Origin: Stylophora pistillata | Lineage: Eukaryota | DNA: 64,000 nucleotides | Direction of reading: 5' to 3' | Assembly: GCF_002571385.2 (NCBI RefSeq) | Contig: NW_019217905.1 | Location: 348,049-412,048 of the forward strand | Translations under genes and position numbers: made by a program | Notes under the pieces: model-generated | Seen by the model: only the letters and a program-made list of their open reading frames with translations | The model's database searches: none | Told to the model about the DNA's origin: nothing | Part shown: positions 1-12,318 of the stretch, one piece after another | Numbering within the stretch: position 1 is the stretch's first letter | Layout of the letters: each line of letters starts with the position of its first letter

Positions 1-641
1 CACGAATAATAGTTTCTTGGATTTCTTTCATATACCTCAAGTCTAGTAAGATCTGTATTTGGCCTTCAAGAGAACAAGTTGATCAACATATGCCAGAAGA
101 TTTTAAAAATAAATATCCAAATACAAGAGTCATCATAGACTGTACGGAGATTAATTGTCAAATGCCCTCGAGTCTTTAACTCAACAGACAGCTCTATAGC
201 TCCCATAAAAACCACACGACCCTGAAAGGTCTTGTAGGCATTACACCTGGTGGGAGCATAAGTTTTATCAGCTCACTTTATACAGGAAGAATTTCGGATA
301 GAGAAATTGTTGAGTGAAGTCGATTCTTAGAGCAAGTGTTTGATGTTGGTGACTCTGTGATGGCAGATAAGGGATTCCTTATTCAAGATCTCCTTCAACC
401 CGGGGTTTCATTGAACATGCCACCATTTTTAGGAGACCAGGTGCAGTTTAGTGCAAATAACACTGTAGACACACAATTAATTGCATCTTTAAGAGTGCAT
501 GTGGAAAGAGCCATAAACAAAATAAAGAATTTCCACATTTGGGATAGGGTAATTCCTAGTAATTTATTTGGCACAGTCAATCAGATGTGGTCAGTTTGTG
601 CATTTTTATGCAATCTTCAAAATCAAATTATTAGTACATAA
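1..641 (+). pseudogene. DDE_Tnp_4 (PIF/Harbinger-ISL2EU type) transposase, 3' part, with premature stops
   Basis: The frame of the 336..641 ORF reads upstream as WPSREQVDQHMPEDFKNKYPNTRVIIDCTE...YSSHKNHTTLKGLVGITPGG..YTGRISD..VMADKGF..LRVHVERAINKIK (catalytic D/D/E motifs). In-frame stops: TAA 177-179 and TGA 315-317. Confidence 0.85.
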
Positions 642-819
642 ATAATTATGGAACTATTATGGTTTTCATATTTTATTAACATCTGTAGAATTTAATGTAT
701 GGTTGTACACTTAGGTCAAAAGTTGTGAATATGAGACAAGATTCATAACAGTGAAAAAGGGTGATATTCTGTTTTGAAATATTTAGAGATGCAGATATAA
801 TAATCATATTAATTATCAG

Positions 820-1432
820 TCCAACACTGAAGCATATTTTTCTGAAAGACTGCATTTTCCTCTGTGTAAACATTGTTTTCATCAGGATCATAGACTAAGA
901 TAAGACCTTCGAGGCCTCTACTGATGTATTCGTCAACTCTGAAGAGTAAATGTGAACAAATAAATTTACGTTGGTCATAATATTCTCATTACTAAGTTGG
1001 AAGTTTTACTTATATGTTTAACTGAACGATTGGGAAAGCTTCGCGGAATCGCATTAGTCTTAACTTAAATTATAAAAAACTTACGGTTGAATAAACGACA
1101 AAAAGCAATGATTAATGGTCTTGATAGACCGGTGTTCTTCTAAACTGATATTTCATACAATACTAAGATATAATACAGGCCCAAGGTTTTGTGTTTGCGT
1201 AGTGCTGTGCGAAGGAAAATTCGCGGAATCGCGTTACAAAAACTTACTGTTTCACAAGCAAAGCTTTCGTGCGTAAACCTTTGCATGAGTCCCCGCGGCA
1301 TTTCAACCAGAATTTCAATTCAGAATTCTTTAACTGAAGTGGTTTCCGTCCGTTAAAAGAGGATCCTAGCACATCTTCTTCGCTTAGAAAGCAAGGGCCG
1401 TAAACTACTGGCAGAGATGATAACGACGCCAT
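820..1432 (-). pseudogene. Spliced 5' remnant of a convergent second transposon gene with an N-terminal SAP-like motif
   Basis: Exon 1432-1248 (…LKNSELKFWLKCRG…LRTKALLVK) ends in CA|GTAAGT. The acceptor CAG at 941-939 continues in frame as QVDEYISRGLEGLILVYDPDENN. It is convergent with the transposase; the left boundary is approximate. Confidence 0.55.
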
Positions 1433-4400
1433 TTTGTTTCGAGGCCCGACCGTCCTCGTTTTTATGTTTTTTTAATAAATTAGAACCCATTACCTCACGG
1501 ACATTTTGGGTATTGCATATGGTGTATGCGACGATCTTCTCAGTCGTAAAAAAAAAAAAGACACTCGGAGATCTTACGAAAAGTATTGCTTATTTCCAAC
1601 GACGATTAATCTTCGAAGATCTACCTCTGTTCCGTTTTAAAATGTCACGGAAAGTCAAATTGTAAGTTAATGCAAATGTGTGCTTTCGAGTTGTCAGTCT
1701 GCTTGCTTGTTTTCTGTAATGGTGTGAGTAAATCGGTTCTTCTTCCAGCGAAAAGCTGAAGTCAGTGAGACTCTTTCCAGCTAGAAACAAAGGGATCTAA
1801 TACGACTTTTATTCATCGAGTTCCTTCGGTTACTGTGGTGAAATTTATGGTAGAAATGTCCAAATTCAAGGGACTTGCAAAGAATAGGCGAAAGTGTATT
1901 TATAGAAGAACTCAAAACTTTGCTCAACTTTTCAAAAACGACAACTTGTGTTGAAGAATTCAGATATTAACGATCGAGAGTCACATTGATTAACGTAATC
2001 GTTAACTGCAACTACCTCTCGTTTTAACTTTCTTAGTTACTTTTTCTGAAGAACTATTAAATAACAAATCGTTTTTAGATCGCGTTTCAATCTTTTTGTA
2101 AACAGATTTAGTACCACAAAATTTATTTCGAGATCAATTTTATGCCGAAAAACCAAAGTGATTTGAGAGCAAGAGAGAAGAGAGAATTAATATTATTTAT
2201 CGCCAAAAGGTCGTGATCGAAGTCTTTGCTGAAAAATTCTGCCCAACTGGCAAAACGAGATATATTTGTGAAAAACTGCAACGAAGCTTGAGATGTTCTG
2301 CAAAGGAACTCAAGCGAAACTGATACCGCCCGCCGTGAGCGGGCCGGATGGGGAGAATACTGCCCGCTCTCGGAACCAATCAGATTGCAGGATTCGTATA
2401 ATACCGCCCGCTCACGAACTGAGAAAAAAATAAATATATCTTATTAGACGTTTTGTGGTGTAGTATCGCTGAGTATTTTTACGAGTAACTACAATTCAAT
2501 TCTTCGTTTGTGCGATGCGAGAAAACCTGTTTAACCGGTACTCTACAGTACAAATACCGCGTGATATTTGTGCTTGTCTATGGCGTTATTTGTACTCTAC
2601 GAAGTGTAGTTAGATAATAAGCAACAAATACGTACAAAAAATACTTCTACACAGTCAGAATATATCAAATTATGTTTACCTATAGTGGAAGGAAAAAGAA
2701 ACGGCTACCTTTTTACGGAACGTTCAGACAAAATCTGACGATTTCTGCCGCTTTTACCGCCACATTGAAAATAACACTACCACAATGCAATGCAATCGGA
2801 GTGCGCACACCGCCTGGGTACGCGTACGGGGATACCTAAAACGCTGTTACAGCACAAACGGTTAGGGGAATGAGACAGGAAAACAAATTATGACAAACAT
2901 GCTAAAATTTTGTATTAATTTTTAGTCACAAACAAGGGAAGATAAGGGGAAAAGACAATCAACCGTGTATAGGGAACGTTGAACGGACAATTGGTGGAAA
3001 GCTATAAGTTACCTATCTGAGCCTACCACACTTTCATCAGACCAGAAAGCACAAGTAAGTTATCACTTTAATTATAATTTTACAATCCAGAATGACGTTG
3101 CACAACGCGTCGGAGACATTTTGATATTTTGGCGTGATAAATAATTTTTTTAGATTTTCTGTAAACTCTATTTCTCCATTTTACGCATTAGTGTACTAAG
3201 AAGTTTAATGAAAACAATACGGCCAACGACTGAATAGAAAACTCAAGAAATGATGAATTTTATTTCACTTTGAAGCCAACAAGCGAAAATAGAAAACTTC
3301 CCAGTGGTCTCGATTTTAGGTGGAACGAGCACTCGATTTGATGATAAAAAATCTTAGCTCAACACTTCTTCGGTAACGACGTTAATTGCTAGTCAGCTAT
3401 TTTGTCTTCGAACTAGTGTTCAAACACTGCATTCGTCAAATGGCTATAAATTTTAATTTTGAATGAAAATGTTAAACTTCGGACATAGTCCTGAAATTGG
3501 TCTAAACAACATTTACGCAACTAATCAACTTGTATTGTTGTGTCCCTCGAAAGTGGAATATTTCATAACACTAGCCGCATGTGAAAAATTGGTCTTTTCC
3601 CCTAGGCTTTGCCCTTGACATTCTTTTTGAATCTCAGCAACTTCCATGGTAAGCACTGTGCAATTGAAAACTTAGGATGATATCAAATTAAGACTTTGAC
3701 GACTGGGACGTTTCGATTCATGCGATCAAAACTGTCTTAAAAACTAAAACACAAACGGGAAACACAAATTTTCAACCAGCATCACTCGCCGATGAGAATA
3801 CATGTCATCCTTTTGTCTAAAAACCTCTCGGCCGTGAAATTTTCTTTTGCAAACCCATCGCTCCGTGTATTTTATGATAAAATGAGTTTAAAATTCGGAT
3901 AAAGCAGTCTGACAGTTGGACCGAACTGAAGCAATCATAGCCAACGCTGTACTTTTAAAAAAGAAAAAAATAAGGGAGGATTTTAAAGTTGCAAGGGGCA
4001 TCATGATCAACTCTGCCTCCTTGGTGCACTGTTTGATATTATGCTCTCAACGTGTAAGTTTCTGCTCACAATCGCGAATCTTGTTACGATAATTAAAAGT
4101 GACTTCCGCCGTTTCCTAATAACAATTGACAAGTTTTATGCGGAAACTACTATTTTCGGGATCTACGCACGCGGTAAGAAGCAACTTTGTTCCCGAGGAA
4201 TGAGGTTTCGTGACGGGACCTTGCATTAGACTAGTTGATCTCATTCACCGTGAGCTCCCATTGGCTCCTCGTGTAGTTGTGTTCTGAGTGGCCCCTATGA
4301 CAGCTTTAGATTTGCCTGACTATAATCGAAAAGTGCTCTCTGTTTACAAAAAGGAACATCGTGCGAACGTCCAAAAGAGAGGTATAGGATATTAAAGTCC

Positions 4401-4836
4401 AGGAAACTGGCACAATAACAAGGGTCAGGTGTTAGAGAGTCTTATAAATTGTCGATAAATATTAAGACAAAGTGAATATGCTGGACCAACTGAATGTAAA
4501 GTGGATTGCTAGGTTATGGCAATATAGCCATGTAGCTCGTCTAGTAGGCTTCTTTTGGCTTCTTTCAGCCTTTATTCTTTTGGTAAGGCCCATATCGCGC
4601 AAGCATAGATTTGAAAAAAATACATTGTTAAGACAACAGGAAATTAATATTCTGGTGATCTAATTAGACTATGCGCGTAACGTTTGTCTGATCACTTTTT
4701 TTAAACTGAATCAAATGAATTCTTATCGTAGATGGAATTCATCTCGCGTTTTAGATAAGCACTCTGTTTGATCTTTCCATTTACTTCATTCGCCGGAGCT
4801 GTAGTTTGCTTCGCTACACCTGTGTTCTACGCACTA

Positions 4837-5148
4837 TGGTTAGCCTTAAAAAGAAATATCATTAGGAAGTTATTAATACTCACACGAAGAAGATCTCACG
4901 GCTGCTCAACATCCAAATGGATGTTGACGAACATATTTTGAACCTGTCATCCGACAACCTCTCCTTTTTTCAGAAACTGGTCCTTTGCCGAGGATTAAAA
5001 TTTACCATTCCTCAACGTGTGTCTCCCATGGACGTTAAAGCAAGCTTTGAAAAGGCCTATTGGAGCCTTGAACCCCACCTCAATGATGATAATTTAAAGG
5101 AATTATCTGCAGCAACGTTACGTTTCGTTCCACTCAATTACATCGAAC
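4837..5148 (+). mobile_element. Penelope-like retroelement ORF, N-terminal fragment
   Basis: ILNLSSDNLSFFQKLVLCRGLKFTIP resembles the conserved NLS...L..GL.F motif upstream of PLE reverse transcriptases. It ends at an N gap. Confidence 0.6.
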
Positions 5149-6591
5149 NNNNNNNNNNNNNNTCTGATCACTTCTTTTAAACTGAATTAAATGAAAGAGG
5201 CAATTATCGATAGTGAAGTCTACAGTGAAGTCTAGCTACCTTTCTGTTTGCGACAAGGTGGGCTAATTTCTCTTGCTGTGGAAGAAGGATGTCTTATCGC
5301 CATCCGGTATATTTCGACCAATCAGCGTTCATGGGGGAAATCCCTAGCTTTCACCTCTTCAATTCCCTGAAACTCAGGAAACAATTTGTAGGGATAGATA
5401 TTTTTCCCGAGTGCTAGACGTTTAGATAATTTCTTACTTTTTTATTTATTATTTATTAATAATTTATTACATAGCTCGCTGCGCCTGTGGGCAAGATGAA
5501 GGAAATCCTGTGTTCTGATTGGCTACCCGAGCGGGCTAGATAGGCCCATCTTGCCCGCATCGATCCCGTGCATGAAAAAAATTGAATTAGAACGACATTC
5601 GTAATTCTTGGACAATTTCGGCGATGGAAATGCAAAAAGTGGCAGAAGATAGTCAAAACAAAGAAAACAGAAACGACTCTTGCGAGTTTGTTGTGCTACA
5701 AACACAGTTGGCTTTCTTTCTAGGCTCTCGAAGTGAACAAGTCACTCTTGATTCTTATTAAAGCCAAATCTTTTTGCAATATAATAAATCCTTTATTAAC
5801 CAAGTTTGTTCGGTCAAGATGGTGAGATGTTAGCCTCGTTCTTTCTTCGCATAAATATGGACTTCGACTTCGTCTCGGTCCGTTAAAAGGAGCAAAAAGA
5901 AGTCGGCCAATATCCAGCCATCTTGACCTTACATTTGGTTAATAACGCATCCTTTATTAGTCTGGGGTCGCTATGTTCCATTTCAAAGTGCGTCAGAGGC
6001 TAAATGAAGCTCACTGGCGTTTCCATAGGAAGTTTGTTTGTTTGTTCACAACTCCCTCATTTCTGTTTTTGTTTCATTGGATATTATTTTTTAATATAAC
6101 GACGGGAGCTCTCAGAGGGAATAATTCCTAACAATACTTTTACAGAAGATGTATATAGGCGGATCAATTACTTAGAAAGTTATTTCGTTTGGAATCAAGT
6201 ATTAACAGAAGAAGGGGTAGACAACTCTTTCCGTTAAGAATTTTTTCAAATCATTACAGAATCCTTTTTAGTCAACATTCTTCTCATACATATTTATTTT
6301 TTGTGTCTGACAAAACGGAGAAATGTCTCTTGGTAGGAAGTTTCGTTAAGTTCTTCCTGCGTGGGCAGTCTGATTTCAAAGAAGATTAACGTATTATACC
6401 GAAACAGATAAAACGCGGCCTTTCATCACGGGCACTTCAATTTATCATCTACATTATCAGGCTAAGTTGCGTTGGCTTTTAAGAGTGGCCGTCGGCATCG
6501 GTCGAAACTAAAATGGATTTCAAAATTAGTTTATCCTGTCCATGGTAACCTTCGATTAAGTATGGTGGGATGCTAGTTGTAATAGCAAAGC

Positions 6592-6690
6592 GTGTAGTCT
6601 GATCCTCTGGGAGAGAGTGGTCCATTCTGAAAAAGAGTTTCAACACATCCACATTTAAACAACCGAGGGGAAGATTTTGTCACAGTCAAG
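6592..6690 (-). repeat. Degenerate copy of the Penelope-type hammerhead repeat
   Basis: Begins gtgtagtctgatc and ends cagtcaag, colinear with the copies at 29705-29809 and 48059-48168. The catalytic core is eroded. Confidence 0.45.
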
Positions 6691-8053
6691 AAGCCCCCCA
6701 TGCTCTTGAAGTTGAAAGTAAATGCACGTTCCTTCATTAGCTAAAAGCTCATTTTTGCCGACACTTCTCCCATGAAAGTGCGGTTGATAATTTGCAGCTA
6801 TTTTTCACGGAGTACCAAAACAAAACCGTAAGCTATGCAGTTAAGCTACCAACTTGAGAATGTTTTGGTTTCGTATCGATGGATTGATACGACAGTTAGT
6901 CTCTTTTAGCTTAATGGCACCTTAAAATAAACTCAGGTTTCGCGAAAGATGATAACAATACAAACAGAAGCATTGAAATGTCCTTTGTGACCGCCAAAAC
7001 ATAGTCCGATGCGCTTAAAAGGTTCTTTTCATAAACAAGTCAAGCCCACAAAATGGAAAAGCTTGGATGGTTTAGATAGTTTCGATAGATAGTCTGTTTT
7101 TTCATAACTAGCAAAACCGATTGTATAAGAGACTAGGGAAACTTTGACGCATCATTTTCTTGGTACTGATAGCACCTTGTAATAATATTAATCAAGCGAC
7201 AGTTCGTAATGAGGAATTGTATAACCAGTGTTTTATCTAAATGTCAGAATTTCAAACACTTGCGAGAGTCGGATTCTATACTTACCCTTCTTTTGTGATA
7301 AGTCACTCAAGTAGGTACGCGCTACCGTGACATTGATGCAGAACGTTCTTTCTTGGTGAGTAGCTAAGTGACCGTGAAAACCGAACTCCGTGTTTTCGCT
7401 AGTGTTTGACCTGCTTCTTGGTTACAACATGCGTCATTTATCTCAAATGTCTACGTGTTTCAAGTTGCTTAACGACTGAACGGTAACAAATTTCAAAATA
7501 GAATTGAGAAGGAGAAAATTCTTCATAAAATTCTTTCCATGCCAACTAAAGTTAACATGGCAAAATTATCGTAGCACAGAAGTCTGACGGCAAATGACAA
7601 TGCTTCTTGTAGGAAAGAAAGTCCGTAAGTTTATGTGTACGATTCAACCACTCAAACTATGAGAGAACAATATTTATTCGATTCAATTTTAGTTAACGTA
7701 ACAAAACTTTTGTTATGCCTCAAACTGGTTATAAAAACATCAACTAACTGATATAACCTTTTAAGGAACAGAAATTATTGGTTATTTATTACGTCACAAA
7801 TTTTTTGCTATTTATTAAATCAGTGTCAGAGTTCGAGTTCTCAATTTTTTATTCCGATATTGTTAACCATCGCAGTAGCGCACAAACTGGAAAAATAAGG
7901 TTAGTAGAACAATACGTTTTCGGTCTTGTTAAAACAATTTATTGAAATATTTTCGTTCAATCTGTACCATCGGGTGTCTTTTCAGCTCAGGCGATTATTT
8001 GCTCCTTTCGAGTAACGGTATACTCTTAAATTAAAACGGCTCCACGATCTGAT

Positions 8054-8358
8054 AATTGGGACCTTAAGCAAACTACTACGGCGACGGCAACGAGGACGTG
8101 GAAAAACAACAGATGTAATTGGCAGAACAATAGCTCGGCACGTGCGTTTTAAACTTTGTTCATTTCTTAGCCGTCCTTTGCAAAACAACAACGTGAAATC
8201 ATCAAAATTTGCGTCGTCTGCGAACTGAAACCGGTGTGGCGACGTATGAGACGGTAATCACATGCAGCCATTTTTGGAATTCTAATTAAAAGTAGAAATT
8301 CGTTTTTTAATCGACGTCTTCCTCAGCGTTGCCATCCTGACTGTTTAAAGTCCCTATT
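8054..8358. mobile_element. MITE-like non-autonomous element
   Basis: Imperfect terminal inverted repeats (aattgggaccttaagca / tgtttaaagtccctatt) with inner inverted matches (ggcaacgaggacgt / acgtcttcctcagcgttgcc). Confidence 0.5.
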
Positions 8359-8567
8359 AATAGTTACCGAGAGAACATGTAACGAAAGAAAGCTCTAACG
8401 GTTTTCCGGGTCGATCTTGATTAAGACATCGAGGCCTATCAGAGAACGGCGAATTATGCGATTACTTGAGTCCGTAAATTGTGAACACTAACTTTGTCTG
8501 TATATTGTACGATTTAACGCCGCTAGTTAACGGCGTAAAATCCTACGGTAGTTACTAAAAGTTGGAA

Positions 8568-8740
8568 TCACCTGAAACCACCTGAAACCACCTGAAACCA
8601 CCTGAAACCACCTGAAACCACCTGAAACCACCTGAAACCACCTGAAACCACCTGAAACCATCTGAAACCATCTGAAACCATCTGAAACCATCTGAAACCA
8701 CCAATGAAACCACCTGAAACCATCTGAAATTACCTGAAAA
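8568..8740. repeat. 10-bp tandem repeat (CACCTGAAAC/CATCTGAAAC, about 17 units), followed by short ~7-bp accgc repeats to ~8810
   Basis: Directly visible. It explains the spurious GGFRWFQVVS ORF at 8527..8883. Confidence 0.95.
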
Positions 8741-8891
8741 TTACATGAAAGCACGCAGACATGAACGCAGACCGCAGACCGCAAACCGCACACCGCAAAC
8801 CGCACACCTCGAATACCCACGCCTCGAAAAAGATCTACACAGTGTGTAATTACCAGATTTATCTCTCTTCCCTTTGTTATCAAACGAGATC

Positions 8892-9100
8892 AGTAGTAGG
8901 CATGTTGCCGATTCTGGCACACTTTCGTTACATCAACGAGAATCTAAGTTAATTTAGTTAATTTTAGTACTTTTTCATGACCTAACTCAAGACATTCACG
9001 TCAAATTATTGTGCATATACAATAATTTGGTACTTTCCGGCGGCTCGGCCCTGCACATTCACGTCAAATCATTGTGCATATGGTATAATTTTGGCACTTT
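8892..9100 (+). repeat. Left terminal inverted repeat of the Polinton
   Basis: The first 34 bp are an exact reverse complement of the right end, then the match is imperfect. It contains two copies of cattcacgtcaaat(t/c)attgtgcatat. Confidence 0.95.
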
Positions 9101-9108
9101 TGTGTTGC

Positions 9109-11934
9109 TTAACCGGTTGTATTGTCTGCTTCTCTACAATGTCCTATTGCATACGTGTGTATTTTGTCTGGTAAAATGATTCGCTTGTCATCGTCTGCAG
9201 ATAGTGCAACCTTATTGATCTCTTCCATATACATCTCATGTTTTCGACTTCGAAGGGTGTTCATTTTTCGTAGTTGTTTTTCACCGCCAAACAAACATCT
9301 CTTGTAGTCATCAAAGCTTATCGTACGTTTTACCACCCCCTCTTTCATTCCCTTACACTTCTTCACTTCTTCTTCATCACCAAACATCTTGTAGCTGTAC
9401 AGCTTAGCCCTCAGACCAACAAACTCTTCTATCATCTTTCCACCTGCCTCGTCTTTGAACATTCCAATCACTTTCTTGTTCACACCGGTCGGTATCCCAG
9501 AAGTATGCCCCTTTAAAATGTTGCTCGTGTCAAACAAACGATCAACATCATCACTTATATCTTTGTAAAAATCTTCAGTCTGAATCTCATAACAAAGGCT
9601 ATCAGTATCGGTGAAAAGAAGCTTTGATTTACCCTCTGAGTACTTAGGTTTGATGTAGTTGTAGTGAAAGTCGTACATCAATGTCTTACTGATATCGAGG
9701 ATGCTCATCCCGAGATAGAGAGGTTTATTGAAGACAATCTGTGTCTTTCCCATATGTATTGCGCAAAGATCTTCAGAGAAGATGGTTCGGTGTTTGAAGT
9801 TGACCTTATTTGTCAACTTCTTTGCCTTTTCTTCTCTGGTAACAAGTCTCACGTCGACGCGTTTTCGAATGTTCTCCATGGTTTTGCCAAAGACAGCGTT
9901 GTTCATCAGCTTGTAGAAGTCTTTTTCAAATTCGTTTTTTGCTTTGGCTCTCAAAGATGTGTTCAAATCGATGTACTTCTTCATCCAAGGACTCTCTTTG
10001 AACCTGATGACGCGGTGAATCTTTCCGATCTCTATTCCAAGACTCATGTAATGCTTCAATGTCTCATGATGAACGATGTACTTTTTCTTTTCGTTTAACG
10101 TACAGACCAGCTTATGTACTTTACCAATCAATAGATTTTCAGGAGCGGGTGGGTAGTCGTTGAAGTGATCGTGAAGCTCTTTTTTGACACCTTTCAGGTC
10201 GACTTCGAGAATGCAAGCAAAGCTTTTCCATTTTCCAAAGTCTTTTTTGTCTACCCATTCAAAACCCCCCGTCGGCAGACTCTTACTCATCGCCCAACCG
10301 TAAAGGTTGTTTGCATCGAGATACGTGATGAACTTTGAAGGTTGGGTAGGGTCAAAGGTTTCTTCCATGTATTTGTTATTGGCTTTTGCATGTCTTGTTG
10401 AAATCATTGAAATCCCACCGCGAATACCGGCTTCAAACATGTGCAACATATTTATATCAGCCAACAACTCAAGTTCTATCTCAGTCAACTTGAGACAAGC
10501 ATCCCAAGCCAAACCCGGTGCGGTGAAGTACCAGCAAGGATCGAGATCGTAGTTCTCTTTGCAAAGTTCACGAAAGTTTTCAAACACATCGGCTAGTAAA
10601 AGAACGTCGCTTCGATTGTAGAGATTGTGGTAATCTCTGAATGTCTTACAACGAAAGACNNNNNNNNNNCATCTCCTACAGATAAACTTCTTATGCTCAT
10701 TTTTTGATAGGCTACTCGATACGAGCCGACTCAAATTCTTGATGAGACAGTAATGCTTTTTGTCACCTTCACTAATAAGTAGAAGATCAACTACATTTAC
10801 AGCATGAGTCATGCTGCTCACTCTCAAGGGATTGAGTCCATTTTCATACATGTAAACGTTGACTCCTATCTCCGGATTCAACTTTTCAAAGCGACTAATG
10901 CTCTTCACCTCCATTGGAAACTCGATGCCATCCCACACGAGTTTTTCTGCCTGTTTTCTCAAAATCTTTGTGATACGCTCAGGATTACTTTGAACAGGGT
11001 GCAAAGCTCTCGTGACACACCATTTGAAGCACTCTTCATCCTTGTTTTTCATATTTATGATAGTCTTCTTACTCTCGAGATGTTTTGGTAGCTTAATGTA
11101 CGAAGAGCCTTTCAAAGGAGTGTACTTAACAGTATGTAAATCTAAACCCTCAACACGATTAAAAACCCACCCGCTCTTATTTCGTAAAAACGTAGCCAAA
11201 CTCTCCATCATTTTTTCTACAGATTCTTCATAAAGTTCTTCTCCATCAGTCTCTCGAAAGATAATCTTTTGATGAGATGAGAAATATGCAATCATCGTCT
11301 CAACCTCACCCGTAATAATATCTTTCTTTATCATCTCACACCTAAAAATGAACTCTATCTTGATATTTTTTTGTGTATTCAAAAAGTTAATAACGGTCCG
11401 TTTTACAGTCATAAGAAAACCCTTCGGTCCATAACCCTCTACCCCATCAATAGTGTACGTCTTTGTAAACCGTTTCAATGAAGACACTTTCTCAACAAGT
11501 TTGAAGCGGTGATCGTCTTTTTTGTAGAGTTGATTGATATATTGTTTGAAATCTTTCAACTTGTCATCGACTGCTGCTCGCGGTGTGTTTGACACATCTT
11601 TCAACCACTGACCCCAATCTTCAACCATTTTCTTCCCCCAATCAACAGCCTTCTCGATTTTTTTTATCAGTGGTGCTGGTGTCGGTTTCAATATATCTCC
11701 TTTAGGTATTTCATGCGTGGGTATCGGCGCGTCTAGTAGAGAGCCACCTGAGTGATTCCAGACGAACTCGATTTTTCGATATTGCTTCTGCGGCTTGGAA
11801 ACCGCAGCACTGCTTGCAGCTGCACTGCTTGACTGAATGAATCTGATAAGCTCAGCTTTTCGAAGCCTTGAATAGCCATGAAGACCATTCTTCTTTGCTA
11901 ATTTGCGGAGTTGCTCAACAGTGTGTCTCTCCAT
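9109..11934 (-). CDS. polB: Protein-primed family B DNA polymerase with an N-terminal Rho-N/HeH-like motif; the middle is lost in an N gap
   Basis: Motifs YLDANNLYGWAM, KLMNNAVFGKT, FTDTDS, GLRAKLY, KCKG and DVLLLADVFENFR are present. The 11-N gap at 10660-10670 lies where most of the exonuclease region is expected. Confidence 0.95.
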   Translation of the reverse strand: MERHTVEQLRKLAKKNGLHGYSRLRKAELIRFIQSSSAAASSAAVSKPQKQYRKIEFVWNHSGGSLLDAPIPTHEIPKGDILKPTPAPLIKKIEKAVDWGKKMVEDWGQWLKDVSNTPRAAVDDKLKDFKQYINQLYKKDDHRFKLVEKVSSLKRFTKTYTIDGVEGYGPKGFLMTVKRTVINFLNTQKNIKIEFIFRCEMIKKDIITGEVETMIAYFSSHQKIIFRETDGEELYEESVEKMMESLATFLRNKSGWVFNRVEGLDLHTVKYTPLKGSSYIKLPKHLESKKTIINMKNKDEECFKWCVTRALHPVQSNPERITKILRKQAEKLVWDGIEFPMEVKSISRFEKLNPEIGVNVYMYENGLNPLRVSSMTHAVNVVDLLLISEGDKKHYCLIKNLSRLVSSSLSKNEHKKFICRRXXXXVFRCKTFRDYHNLYNRSDVLLLADVFENFRELCKENYDLDPCWYFTAPGLAWDACLKLTEIELELLADINMLHMFEAGIRGGISMISTRHAKANNKYMEETFDPTQPSKFITYLDANNLYGWAMSKSLPTGGFEWVDKKDFGKWKSFACILEVDLKGVKKELHDHFNDYPPAPENLLIGKVHKLVCTLNEKKKYIVHHETLKHYMSLGIEIGKIHRVIRFKESPWMKKYIDLNTSLRAKAKNEFEKDFYKLMNNAVFGKTMENIRKRVDVRLVTREEKAKKLTNKVNFKHRTIFSEDLCAIHMGKTQIVFNKPLYLGMSILDISKTLMYDFHYNYIKPKYSEGKSKLLFTDTDSLCYEIQTEDFYKDISDDVDRLFDTSNILKGHTSGIPTGVNKKVIGMFKDEAGGKMIEEFVGLRAKLYSYKMFGDEEEVKKCKGMKEGVVKRTISFDDYKRCLFGGEKQLRKMNTLRSRKHEMYMEEINKVALSADDDKRIILPDKIHTYAIGHCREADNTTG

Positions 11935-12017
11935 TATGCAAATATGTATTTTGTAAAGATAGTTTTGGTCTCAAAAAAACTCTTTCTATTTTTTTTCTTC
12001 AATATTTATTTAAGATG

Positions 12018-12046
12018 TTTTCCTCACTCGATTTAAGTGAGGAAAA
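12018..12046. promoter_or_regulatory. Conserved intergenic dyad/hairpin, copy 1 (11-bp arms, 7-nt spacer)
   Basis: TTTTCCTCACT-cgattta-AGTGAGGAAAA. Confidence 0.75.
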
Positions 12047-12078
12047 ACCCACAACTTTACGTTGTTTACATCACTCTT

Positions 12079-12318
12079 TTACATCACGCCTGCCGCCATG
12101 TACCACGTACCAAATATTTCTTCTCCTCCTTCACCCTCCTGTGACCATACCATGTTATATGCCCGTTCTACCAAATGTCTATCTTTTTTAATGAGATTGA
12201 TAAGCTCATCTTTTTGAAGGTTAGAATAGCCACGAAGACCACCCACCCTTGCGATTTGGCGGAGTTGTTCGACAGTGAGTTTGTTCAACAGAGGTATGTC
12301 AACAAAGTGTGCTTCCAT
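12079..12318 (-). CDS. Small Rho-N/HeH-like domain protein (79 aa)
   Basis: LNKLTVEQLRQIARVGGLRGYSNLQKDELINLIK, paralogous to the pPolB N-terminus. Confidence 0.8.
   Translation of the reverse strand: MEAHFVDIPLLNKLTVEQLRQIARVGGLRGYSNLQKDELINLIKKDRHLVERAYNMVWSQEGEGGEEIFGTWYMAAGVM

Noticed and set aside
8527-8883. 118-aa ORF with GGFRWFQVVS repeats
   Set aside because: Translation of the 10-bp tandem repeat, which has no stop on that strand.
10660-10670. Exonuclease-less minimal pPolB
   Set aside because: The missing region coincides with an N gap, so it is probably unassembled rather than deleted.
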